Positions 1 through 10,990 of a stretch of 20,000 bases of DNA are shown piece after piece (positions within the stretch are counted from its first letter, which is position 1; each line of letters starts with the position of its first letter). Below the pieces are notes generated by a model. The model had not been told where the DNA came from. It made no database searches and worked only from the letters and a program-made list of their open reading frames with translations. The DNA lies in contig JYFJ02001961.1 in the NCBI GenBank assembly GCA_000934665.2, positions 45,588 to 65,587 on the forward strand, in the 5' to 3' direction. The position numbers were made by a program, and so were the translations under genes. The DNA is from Catajapyx aquilonaris (Eukaryota).

Positions 1-2559
1 ATATTTTAGAGCAAAATGATATGCAGACAAGCTGTAAACTTTGCTGGTTAGCTAAGAGCGTTTAAGTTCCAGTTGTTTGCGACACGGCTTATAACGTGTG
101 TAATGTGCGTTGGCGGATGTTAAAAAAAATAGGGCAGTTAAGATGTCGAGGGAAGTGCTACACGTGCACCGTTACATCATTATAAATTTTTATTGACATC
201 GGCCTTCAAGGAACTATGTGTGTAATCCTCTATACGGCTTCTTGCACTGTGTATACCTATACTGAATAGATGGAGTCACTCGAACCAAAATGACACAATT
301 TATAACCTACGCACTTAGAGCACTACTGTGACACCCTACCAGTTGGGAAAAATGTGTTTCACTACTTTGGATCTAACTTATCTACCTTCTTCAGCCTCGA
401 GGGGTATCCAATCAGGCTTGGAGGGGGTTGGGTGGGGTTTAGAATTGTTGGTGATAATTGTTGGTCTTCACTTGTCTGTCTCACAGAAATGGGAAGGTCC
501 CGGAAGGTCCGATGTCATACGATGCCTTTTAAAATATTTTGCATATAGATACATTGTGTCATCCCCTTCATAATTATGGTGTTGTCCAGCAGGATGGATG
601 TCATGGTGTGTGCATGCTGCACAAGTGCACAACAAGTATTGTTCGTAAAAATCTGGACCGACTGAGATTATCCGGACCTCGAGTTTCGCCTAGTCATCGA
701 TTCTCGCGTCACAAATAAGGCTACACTTGCTCGGACAATTCGCTTGCTTACCAAAAGGTCAGGCCTACTCAGAGTCAAAATATCCCTTGGTTCCAGACTA
801 ACCATGGCAACCGACACCACAAGTCTTCCTTATGGCCTTGCAGTTTGTTCTGCACTTGAGGTGTGCTACAGGTTACACTGGAAATGTACGCAGACTTAAA
901 TATAAACATAAGTGTAAACCTCGTATAAAATTGTCTTCCTATTAAGAATAATATTAGGTCAGGGCCCAGCTACATTATAGTCTAGGCAGATGCACTCTAT
1001 ACGTGGTCACTGTGACCCATGAAGGACACAGGATCTGCATAAATTAACGTAAAAGCGAAACGATGTTGATTGTTAATAATATATTTATGTAAGTAGCTTG
1101 CACACATCTGTATAGGCCTACAGAAAAATCCACTACTACAAATTGAACACGCTTTTTGTGCAATATCAGTTCTAAAAATGCATTTAAATTGCCATTTTGA
1201 TGGCAATCAAATGCGGGTGGGTAGGGAAGAGACATTGGAAATCTCAGGATTTGTCAACTTATGCTTAGAGTCATGTGCACGTGGAATGACTCACTTTCAT
1301 GTGAATCACTCTTGTTTAGTATAATATTACTTGCTTGCATTCATGTCCAATGTGTAGGCTACTGTACATAACAGTCTGTTGAAGATACTCGACATATTTA
1401 TTTAATTTATCCTTGTTCACCCCGTGCCGAGGCCGGAGGCTTGTTTTGGAGTCAGATACTCAACATCCTTGGCACTTGTTTTTTCCAAGCCTTCACTCAA
1501 TCTCTGATTTTAATAAGAAGTAATTATTAATACACGTAGATTTCCCAATTATATTGACATTGTTAGAAAGAGACGCCAATTTCTAACCAATTACAGTGTA
1601 ATGTTCTGCATCACCCAGACTGCTTGTTGCTTCCTGTTCAGAAGAGAGGCAAGGATATTACTCAACTCCAACAAGTATATGGTTAGCCCGCGGCAGGTCG
1701 TGACAATGAGGCCTACACATGCATTTATCTGGAAAGGCGTTAGTGTGCCCTGCCTTAGGCTCAAGTTACATGAATGTTTATGTAGTAAGCGGGATATGAA
1801 GGGATCATGTAACATAGGAGTCACTGACTGAGTCAACTCGGGTCAGCTTCACTATAACCATCATTCTGCCATCCCTTCCGTATAATAAATACTGTCTTGT
1901 AGTTCTTACTGGATGAAATAACTGATAAGATGCAACATTTCTGAACGGCTCATCTGAATACAATCCCTGTTCTATTCTGTCGAATCAATTACTTGTTGAG
2001 TTTAATTCGAAAGTAGCCGATCCCGTGTTGAGGTCAGGACTTGTTTCTTATCTGCATGGTTTTTTATGTTTATGTTCATAGTTTATGCAACGGACAGCGA
2101 ACGTGTCAGTGATAATACCGTTCGAATTTGGGGGGCTTGCAGTGTAGTCAACATGTATCTGCCCACCCCCCACCCCGGGAGGTGGCAAATTTGCTCTGCA
2201 TCACACTAGACTATGTGACTTAATGAGAAGCAGGCACGTGAAGGCCTTCCTTTATGGCCACTCATTGTCAGTCTAGCTTCTAATAGGTCCTGTAACACTG
2301 GAGTTCATTCATAATAAATTAAACCTTCTTTTGAAACAGGCCTCTATGATAGACACTTGTGCATACAGTCATGTCATAAAAGAAGAGCCGAATTGTATCA
2401 ACTCAAATTAAGAGAAAATGTCTCTTTATGAATGGTGAATAATTCATAATTTTATCTTAATTTTGTGTTCATGTAACTGCTGACAGTAAGTAGCCTACAA
2501 AGCCAGCTCTCGGTGCTTTGAGCATAAGCACGGTCAGTCCCTGCAAATGTCTTTTAATA

Positions 2560-2579
2560 AAGGCCAAGGCCAAGGCCAA
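2560..2579. repeat. Short tandem repeat (AAGGCC)x3 plus AA
   Basis: aaggccaaggccaaggccaa read directly. Confidence 0.8.
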
Positions 2580-2801
2580 ATTCTTGAGGGGACACAGCTC
2601 CAAAACATATCGAGATAATAAGTGGAGTACGTGTCCGTTTGATCCAAAACGTTACAAACAACTGGCAAAAAATGAAACCAAAACCACGTGACTAAGATGT
2701 TTCGAAAATAATAAGGCAGATATCCCAATTTAAAGTATTGGACGAAGATAAATATTTTTTGCAGGTGTTGCTTTATTTACATGACTAGAGTGAACTTGCA
2801 C

Positions 2802-2945
2802 GGTTGCGTTACCCACCATTGTGTATCACCCATTCATCTTCTCGTTAATTGGGTAGATATCATAACAGGCCTAAAAGAATGGCGTGTATATGATCAATCA
2901 CTGTAATCAACTTAAATGTGTCATCGCAAAGTGGGCGTAGTAACC
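2802..2945. mobile_element. Decayed foldback / old MITE-like inverted repeat
   Basis: Concentric inverted matches around a centre at ~2875: ATCATAACAGGCC (2859-2871) vs GGCGTGTATATGAT (2881-2894); CCCAC (2812-2816) vs GTGGG (2931-2935); GGTT (2802-2805) vs AACC (2942-2945). No TSD identified. Confidence 0.4.
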
Positions 2946-5900
2946 ATAATCATGCCAATGTTATCGGCCTATTTACTCATGCAAAAACAAAAAGCCACGC
3001 CACCCTGTCTGCAGGGCAACAAGAACTGCACAAAGCAGTCATACATACCTCATCCTAAGTACTGGTGCAGACAACATTAACTTTGTCTGAACATCCAGAA
3101 CTGAATTATCCCACGTCCAAAGTCGTAAAAAAGCTATCAATCTAGATCATACTAGCTGTCAACAATGCCACCTGGATTGGACTTGGATCCTTGTAGGGCA
3201 TACCGAAGACGAGCTGCGCAAGAAGTGTGCAAATAGTTTATACCCAGAGGATGTAACGCAACCAGAGACCATTTCCTGTAGACTCAGCTGACCTGACCAT
3301 TTTGCATTGCCTTCCGCATTTGAGCCGCGTGCATCAAATTAACTTCAATAATCTTTGTACAAGACTGAGACACGATGACCACGCAATATTACAAGGTAAT
3401 ACTATACAAACATACACGATCGAATTACACTTTAGTTGCTAGGTACTATATCCCGAAAAAGTTTGGACAATATCAACACGGAAAGTACCCATGTGTCCGC
3501 AATTTCTTTTGACAGTACGTAACAGCGATGAGGTCTGGTCGTTGCTGAAGACTACAGAGGGTCGCAAATGAGTGTAATGTATGGGCAGCCCCTAAGCAGA
3601 GCCAAAGGGGCTAGATGAGCTTTATTTAGCGGCCTAGATGAGGGTGGGTGGATGGGAGTGAGGAACGCTCGAAGCAGATTTATCCGGGGGCCAACTCATT
3701 TACGAGGGACAAAAGATTCGCGTCCGACTTGGTGACAATTGAGCCAAGTGAAAGATGGAGTGGACGTTCGGAGAGGTCAACAAGTTCGGAGAAGCATATT
3801 CATCACGCCCAACTTTTCCCCTCCAGCCAACTTTGTCCGCGCGCCATCAGGAAAAAAACGGAAAGAGAAAAAAAACACAGACTTTTTTTTTATGTGTGTC
3901 CAGGGTCTTTTTTTCCTCCTCCACCCCAGCCCCTGTGGCTTGCCAACCCAGCCACCAAACATGCCCCTTCGCCAAATTATACGCTGCTAGTCGATCGCTA
4001 CTCTCTATACAGTACAGGGTTAGTCATAACGTACGTGAAATTTCAAAGAACCGACTTCAACCTAACAATTGGCTGATAGAAAGCTTCTGGTGTGCCATAT
4101 GGAACATCTTGGCTCCCAATGTATGGTCATAATTGTTATATCTGCTTATAGAGGGTGATGGCCACACTATCAGTTGGCCTTGGCCTTCATATTTGCGGTG
4201 CATGTTTTGTTGTTCAGCACTTGTCTTAAATTGGATTTGTGTAGTAGGTGATGACATCATCGGTCTGTGCCCAGCTGTCTTGAAGGTCTGACCCGGTAAC
4301 CTGCATTTTCTGCGGAGTTTGACTGATAATATTTTGGATGTCAGGGTCGCAGAATGGGCCACGGCTCATTGGTTAAATTCTAAATTTTGTAGACAAATCT
4401 CATCTAAAAATATGAAATGTTATCTTTAAAATGCACTATTTATTGATGTGGTTTGTTATTGACGGCACCAGTTATGTTTAGGACTGACGTGATCCATTGC
4501 CATTGACCTTTCACACTCTCACCTTCGATCCTACAGTACATACCAGAGACTTGGTACAGGATGCTCCATTGTCAAGAAATGATCTAATAACCTCTGTGTG
4601 TTGCAGAATTCTCTCAGGCCCTTATCATACAACTCAAAAAATGACCCGGTCGGCCTTACTGGACGCCCAAGAATGCTCACGCGTTGTGTTGTGAACACTC
4701 TTTTACACAATAATAACAATAAATATATTTTAACCTTGATGGTAGGCAGGAGGCAATTCAAATGTCCTCATAGCAACAAGCAAGGGCACGAGGCGTACAA
4801 AAGACTCCTTGTCAGCATAAAGGTTGCGAAATCATTCCAGTCCCTACCTGAAAGGAATAAAAACAATCCCTTGGACCCAACTGCGTATTACTTGTCTCTA
4901 TAGACGGAGTACGAGTACGTGAGGATATTCATATTATGAATGCCTCATTTAACCACGTGCGGCTATTGCGACATGCTCTATTCAAATAAGCTATAAAGTA
5001 CATACGGAAAAGCTTGTCGCTTGACAGGTAAACCATGTTAGTCACGGTAATTTCGGAAACCGCCAGTAGTAATCCTTGACTTGTATCACGTGACTATACC
5101 CATGGCCAGCAGCTAGTTTCTCTCACAATCCATGAAACATGAGTCCTTTTTTTCCCCCAACTGAATGTCCCCCATAATAATGAGCGACGTGGGGGAAAAG
5201 TAGACAAAAGAAAGCTCCTATAGACAAAGCGAGAAAAGTTTGGCTAAGTCTCCGTATCGGAGGGACATAACCCTCCCATTGGCTGATTTATCTTTCTACA
5301 TATGCGACAAGGCCTTTCATAAGTGCAAGCCAGACAGCCCAGAGATTCTCTCTAGCCCTCTCTTTCTCTCTTCTCTTTTTCTCTAGCTGACCGGCGGCTG
5401 CCCCAATCGTTATTCCCAAGTGTTTCCTCTCACCCTCCCCACTCCGCCACCCCCCACCCGCTGACTTTTCATAAGTTGACCAGCAATGGAATGGGCAGTC
5501 TAACACACCGGTCAACGGTCCACCCTTTCCACTTTTAGCCACAAGGTCCACAATCTGGACTCAGACTTAAATCCTTTCTGGCTCAGAATGTGTTTTAGAA
5601 AACATGGTTTTTTACTCTTGTGTGTAGTGTATGGTATTGGTTCTAGGGCCAACTCACAAGTATGAATAAATGGCGGCTGGTGGTGGGGTAAAATGGTGGA
5701 ATGAGATGGATGTCGGAAGAGTAGGAATCTGCGACACTCCGTTTGTTGGTCAGCCTATATTTATTTAGATGGGGACCTGGGCACAGGCAGATGGCTTTTA
5801 CGATCACCTTTATGCCGGGCCATAAGCGGAAGATGGAACGTTTTTGGGGGCCCAGATTCATTTGGTTGGGCCATTTCCACCAAACCTCATAACTCATTTC

Positions 5901-6613
5901 TGACCCACTTTACTGCTCCTCCTTCTCCCTCTCTCCCTTCCTTTCCCCCTCATTCTTCCCCCCCATTCCCTCACCCGCGCACATTTCCATCCAGACTCTT
6001 CCTGATTTGGACTGCACCGTGTATTTTACTCCGAAGGTGACCCACACTTTTTCAGGTTATTAGTTTTTTTTGTTTTTGAATTTTTTTGTATTGTTCAAAT
6101 GGTATTAAAATATCAAATGGATCAAAATGACAGATTAATAAATTAGCCATCATTTTAATGAGCCCCAGTAATATAATATACTACATTCAACAGGACAAAC
6201 GGTGTCTCTGTGTCTTTTTAAAATATTTGAAACCATGTAACAACGGACAGCCTACAAAAAATTGTAAACAGTAAAAATAATTCTGTAACAATATAATGGT
6301 CTCTGCTACAAAATAATAGGGCCTTCGGTCTAACAAGGCAATTCTTGTATAAGCAGCACGCCCGATTTGAACTGGTATGCGCAACTATTTTCAGGTTTTT
6401 ATGACAGACCGTACTGTACGTCCAGCCCCAAGTTCAACGAAGTTAGTGTCATCAATCCCGTGTGAGTGACCTTGCTGCTACTCCTTCGTTGTCTAGGTTG
6501 GTTGTTGCCATCCGGATGTGACAGTTTTTTTTTGTCTTGCGGAAGTGTCTGCATGCGTCACTATGGTTGCAGGTATTTCTTCTACCTGGTCAGGTGATTA
6601 TTTGAGGAGGTTG

Positions 6614-6815
6614 TAACAATATGCCAACAAACTTTTGGAGTGATCGTTAACAAGATAATCACTTTATGTAAGGGGGTTATTGTTTGGTCAATGCATCCTA
6701 GTTATTCCCGACACATGATAAATATAGCCAACTACAAGTACTTCGGTAACAGGGCTGCAGAGACCAATATATAATGACACCTCTGGGCCATAGAAGTTTG
6801 TTGGTGTTATCGTTA
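6614..6815. mobile_element. Decayed foldback MITE-like element (~200 bp)
   Basis: Outer arms TAACAATATGCCAACAAACTTTTGG (6614-6638) and CCATAGAAGTTTGTTGGTGTTATCGTTA (6788-6815) share a perfect 11-bp core, CCAACAAACTT/AAGTTTGTTGG. Inner arms (~6677-6708 vs ~6743-6773) also pair imperfectly (TTGGTC..TGCA / TGCA..GACCAA). Confidence 0.55.
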
Positions 6816-7812
6816 TGGAAAACGCTGTATAAAATTATTGCGTTTTTTGCCATTCAGAAGAGCTAACTAATTAATTCCCCATGTGTTGTATTACGTTTAA
6901 ATTTTGCACCTCTTGCGTCATGTACAGTACATTAAATGTACGGGTACTGATTTTTCCGATATTGCGTACGGTAAATATTGCATGTTGACATGTTTTCATT
7001 CACACTAATGCATTTCAATGACTAATGGGAAAGCTGATTATAAAATCTACTGCAAAAACCAGAATTTTCACTATCGTCCAATAACAATGTAACTTATTTC
7101 AAAGAAGCTTGACATTCAGTTATGGATGTGATAATTCATGCAGTATACCAACTGCGGAATTAAATGCAATTAGTCTGGAACAAGAGCATCTTTACCCAGC
7201 TAATTTCTAACATAAGGTGACGTAAAACATTTTAAAGTTACTTCTTGACCTTGGTAAATTAAATAAATTAACTTTAATCGTTGTTAATGATTTAATTTAC
7301 ATTTTCAAAACCCTGTCCAATAGTTACTGTATACAGGGTAATTCTTCATTGAGAGCATAATATTTAAAGATTTTTGGCGTGGTAATTCGAATAAATGTCT
7401 GGTGTACACAAGATTTAAAATGATACTGCCACTATATCTATACGGTATTATAATTACCCATTCCATTTTTTTATTCGTCTCTGACCATGCCCTCGACATT
7501 ATCGAGGTCAACGTGCCCATGCTGTCGAGATGACAAATCTTCCATCTGCTGAAGGAAGGAGGAACTAGAAGAGCCAGCTCAGGTGGATGCTCGAGATATA
7601 AAACCCTTCACCATCTTGATTCCCGTCATATTTCCAATGCAAGTACTTGTAGTTAGTACCGTACAAAGCATGGAATTTTTGCTAGTATTTTGCACTTTTT
7701 TTCAGTTAGCAGGTTATTTTACGGAGCTCGTGATGGCACATGGATGAGGGTGAGTAGAACAGTTTCTTATCTTCGAACAACAATAAAACGGTCAGTTCCC
7801 TTTATAAATGGA

Positions 7813-7825
7813 GGTTCACAGGTCA
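7813..7825 (+). promoter_or_regulatory. Consensus nuclear-receptor direct repeat DR1 (GGTTCA C AGGTCA)
   Basis: Exact match to RGKTCA-n-RGKTCA. Function is not shown by the sequence. Confidence 0.35.
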
Positions 7826-8033
7826 ACGTTTGTTTATCACATCTTAATGACACAGCATAAAAATGGAAAGAGGTGTCCACTTTCTCACGGTGATTGCAAA
7901 CTATAGCTCAGGGTTCCAATTGCATGAAAATAATTTTGCAGGTCATGGCAGTACAAAGTGCAGGGGTCACCGGGCATGGGATGGCAATAACCTCATTCTC
8001 TCTACATCCAAGCGGTAATCCAAGTCTGCTGTT

Positions 8034-8514
8034 AAGGCATTCACATACACGCGAATAAACACATTCTAGCGATTTTCACGGTTTGCTATTTCGTTTCTCC
8101 TACGTGACGAATCTAGCGGGATGCGAATTTTTCGTAACTCGCAGACAGATTTCCAGGGCATTCACGTACTTGTATTAGCGATACGACGAAGCGAATTTCA
8201 GCCCTGCCGCAAGGCCCGATGGGAGAACAAGACGGTCGGAATGCGGCCCTCCCAGCCCCCCATTGGCCGCACACGGTCACGTGGTCTCCAAGCAGTTATT
8301 CGCATCATAAAAATCGCATACAAAAATTCGCTTCTATCTAGCTCTGACAGACGGGCGCGATTTTGTGTTTAGACGAGCGAATAACCAAAATTCGCTCGCG
8401 TCCTCAGGAAAACGCCTATATGTGAATGCCTTTGGTCAGAAGCGAATTCGCTGAAAGCTGAAATTCGCTCGCTTTTGATGCTTTTTCGCATACCGTATAT
8501 GTGAACGCACCTTA
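8034..8514. mobile_element. Non-autonomous DNA transposon / MITE, PIF-Harbinger-like
   Basis: The left end AAGGCATTCACATA (8034-8047) is the perfect reverse complement of TATGTGAATGCCTT (8419-8432). A second right end, CGTATATGTGAACGCACC (8494-8511), is followed by TTA, and TTA/TAA lies at the left end (8032-8035). GCGAAT/ATTCGC motifs recur about 10 times internally. GG-starting TIRs with TWA flanks are typical of PIF/Harbinger; the family call is inference. Confidence 0.7.
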
Positions 8515-8521
8515 TGTCTAT

Positions 8522-9067
8522 GAGGCACGTTACACGGCAGGTTTGTATCGCTTTTCAGGAGCCGCTTCGTGTAGAGCGCTTCATCACTGTCGTGTAACTT
8601 GTGCTAAAGCGCTTCAAAACTCGAAGCGACGTTCGCTAGCGCATTAAGATAAACTACCTTGTTTGTACAATCGCTTCAAGGGATTAGAAGCGGGTTAAGC
8701 CTGCCGTGTAACTGGACGACCCTTCAAGTGTCTTTGCAGCTATTGGGAAAACTACATAACCACTAAATAGGCAACGCTGCTCCCAATAGCTCACAACTCC
8801 AGAAGGGGTGGGAATTGGAAGGAGGTGGGGGAGGTGGGCTAAGGTGCTCCAAGACCTCTAGGGTAACTCCCTACTGAAATCGCTCAGAATTAATGCGGTT
8901 TAAGGGGAAGCGATACCAATCTGACGTGTAACGTGCCTCTAGGTAGTTTATCATAAAGCGCTAGCGAGTTTTGAAGCGCTTTAGCACAAGTTACACGACA
9001 GCGATGGATCGCTCTAGGCGAAGCGGCTCCCTGACAAGCGATACAAAACTGCCGTGTAACGTCCCTC
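8522..9067. mobile_element. Non-autonomous DNA transposon with ~130-140-bp terminal inverted repeats
   Basis: 8522-8659 (GAGGCACGTTACACGGCAG...GATAAACTACCT) aligns to the reverse complement of 8941-9067 (AGGTAGTTTATC...CTGCCGTGTAACGTCCCTC) with scattered mismatches and one ~11-bp indel. The motif CGTGTAAC/GTTACACG occurs 6 times (8529, 8591, 8705, 8925, 8990, 9053). No clear TSD. Confidence 0.85.
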
Positions 9068-9714
9068 CTGGTGATTATCTTGAACTGTGGGCACATTGAA
9101 GGTCACTGGTTTTCTTTCTGAATTGGGCCTTGCCCCTTATGCCCTACCACACGCAGGTCAAGCGTGGCACATGGGATGCCGTCGATCTAGGATAACTTAA
9201 ACTGCCTAAGGCGTTGCCATCTCGATGCCTACTTCTGTGTGCATGGACATTCCCAAGAAAATGCTAGCAGAAAGACAGCTCCAGCTTCTTCTTTAGCTGC
9301 GAATATTGGGAGACGGAAAAGGGATGGCGTCATCAAGGTCTCCCTTTTCCTCCTACCCTCCTTTCCCTCTTCCATGGCGACTTTCAAATTTTCCCCCAAA
9401 CCTCCGGATTGGAAAACCTTTCTCATGTTAGGTAATCGCTTAAATCAATCCTGTGAGCTGTGGAATGGGGTATCGAACATCCACAGCAGGCCCCGGATTT
9501 CCCCTCTCTATCTCTTTCTCCATCCAAAGCCCGCAGCCTCTTTCAACCGCCACCATTCATCCCGGGATTATTCTCAATACTTTCTTACCATGTCCGCATC
9601 CCAATCATCATGCAAGGAAGGACCACCAGTTTTCAAACAAATGGCCGACAATAGTTTAATTGCTCACTTATCACCCCCCAACAATGTAGTGTGATTATAA
9701 TATGTGTGGAGTTT

Positions 9715-9772
9715 GTACTGCATTCTTACATACAAACCACCTATAGGTGGTTTGTATGTAAGAATGCAGTAC
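9715..9772. mobile_element. Perfect 58-bp palindrome, probable minimal TA-flanked MITE (Tc1/mariner-like)
   Basis: GTACTGCATTCTTACATACAAACCACCTA|TAGGTGGTTTGTATGTAAGAATGCAGTAC: 29-bp arms, no mismatch, no spacer. It can be parsed as G-TA-[CTG...CAG]-TA-C. The palindrome is certain; transposon origin is inference. Confidence 0.7.
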
Positions 9773-9779
9773 TTCCTTC

Positions 9780-10990
9780 TCCACCTTCCCCACCATCTCT
9801 CCCTATAAACGTCAGGATCAGAGGCTGGGAGCGGATGGAGACCTAAGGGTCCGGCGCCCGGATTCCGCCGCAAGTGGCCGGACCCTATTACGCGACCCAC
9901 CCACCCCCTATTTTAAGACATTATGCTATCGATTGCCCATTGATTTTTTTTTCATTTTCTCCCTCCGCACATAGCTCCACAGCTCCTATTCTGAACCAGG
10001 AGGGTAAGGGGAGGACGGACATCCAGCGGGATCTCCGGGCCTTTGCTCCCGGATTTTTTTTTTCTCGTTCCCCTCGTTTTTTTTTTGTTCAGACGCCAAG
10101 TTCATTTCTATACCCTTATGCAACCGAACGTGGTACAGGTCATCCAGCTCCATCGCCCTAAAAACCTGATTAGGGCCCGGAATCAGTAGTAATGTGAGGG
10201 ACTATTAGGATCATTAGCAGGCTTTGATTGACGTTAAGCACCCATCTGAGAATTGGTCTCTGGCCCCTTGCTGGATGGGGACTCGCGGACGGCCAATTCT
10301 TCTTTTGGTCGCGGCACTGATGTATAGTCCAGGACGAGTCATCCCTGCATGGGCGACGATGCCGTTTGTTGTGCATTGAAGGCGGATGCCGCATGATGGA
10401 TCTGCCGTAGTTCCTGGCGACGCATGTCTACACCTCATTAAGCATGGGTTTCCCTCCAGAAAAACCAGGCTCAGATTCAAATCGGCTGCGGAAGCTATTG
10501 GTAGCTATCGGTAGTATCGGCTGTAGACAACATTGGGCGTGCTGCAGTGGTCGTCTTGTAGGTGTGGGTGTGTGTGTGTGTGTGTGTGTGGAGGGGGTTA
10601 GGAGGGGAAGAATGAGAGAGGAGGTAGTCAGGGTGTGGGGGTGGAAGGGAATATGGGCTGTCGCATCAGCAACTTCTCGAGCGGTGGTGACAGGGGCGGT
10701 GGGTCCCCAGAGGTCCATCTTGCCCCGGGCTTACGGCACCGTCGGCCCGGAAGCGTCCCCTCGGGGGCCTGTTTCGTCATCCTCCCACTGACCACTCGAT
10801 TAGGCCTCCATTTCCCCGGGATTTGCCCGGATGACCGCCAGCATAAAAACCCGCGCTCGGGGCCAGCCGTAAAATGATAAGCGTGACTGGGAACTCGCCA
10901 AGGGGAGGGAGGAAGGGAGAAAAAGGGAGTGAGAGAAGGACCCAGAGGGAAGGAGGGGGCAGAGAAAAGCATCAAAAAAGAGGGGTCTGA
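9780..10990. promoter_or_regulatory. GC/CpG-rich block with purine/pyrimidine tracts, candidate cis-regulatory region
   Basis: Visibly higher GC and CpG than the flanks, repeated CCGGAW motifs, a TATA-like CTATAAA at 9803-9809, a purine tract at ~10900-10985, and no convincing ORF. Confidence 0.3.
10568..10590. repeat. (GT)n microsatellite
   Basis: About 11 uninterrupted GT units. Confidence 0.95.

Noticed and set aside
3199..3290. Possible terminal exon after TTGTAG (HTEDELRKKCANSLYPEDVTQPETISCRLS-stop)
   Set aside because: Weak polypyrimidine tract, no recognisable homology and no partner exon.
4920..5105. Two small imperfect inverted repeats (4920-4947; TAGTCACG/CGTGACTA at ~5039-5095)
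   Set aside because: Arms too short to distinguish from chance by eye.
790..7181. GTTCCAGACTA (790-800) and TAGTCTGGAAC (7171-7181) as TIRs of one element
   Set aside because: Only 11 bp, no TSD and no support in the intervening 6.4 kb; at most isolated end fragments.
7904..7916. TAGCTCAG as a tRNA/SINE A-box
   Set aside because: No B-box or cloverleaf follows.
8033..8052. Resemblance of TAAGGCA.../GTGAATGCC to miR-124
   Set aside because: The two parts are not contiguous as in the mature miRNA and are explained by the MITE TIRs.
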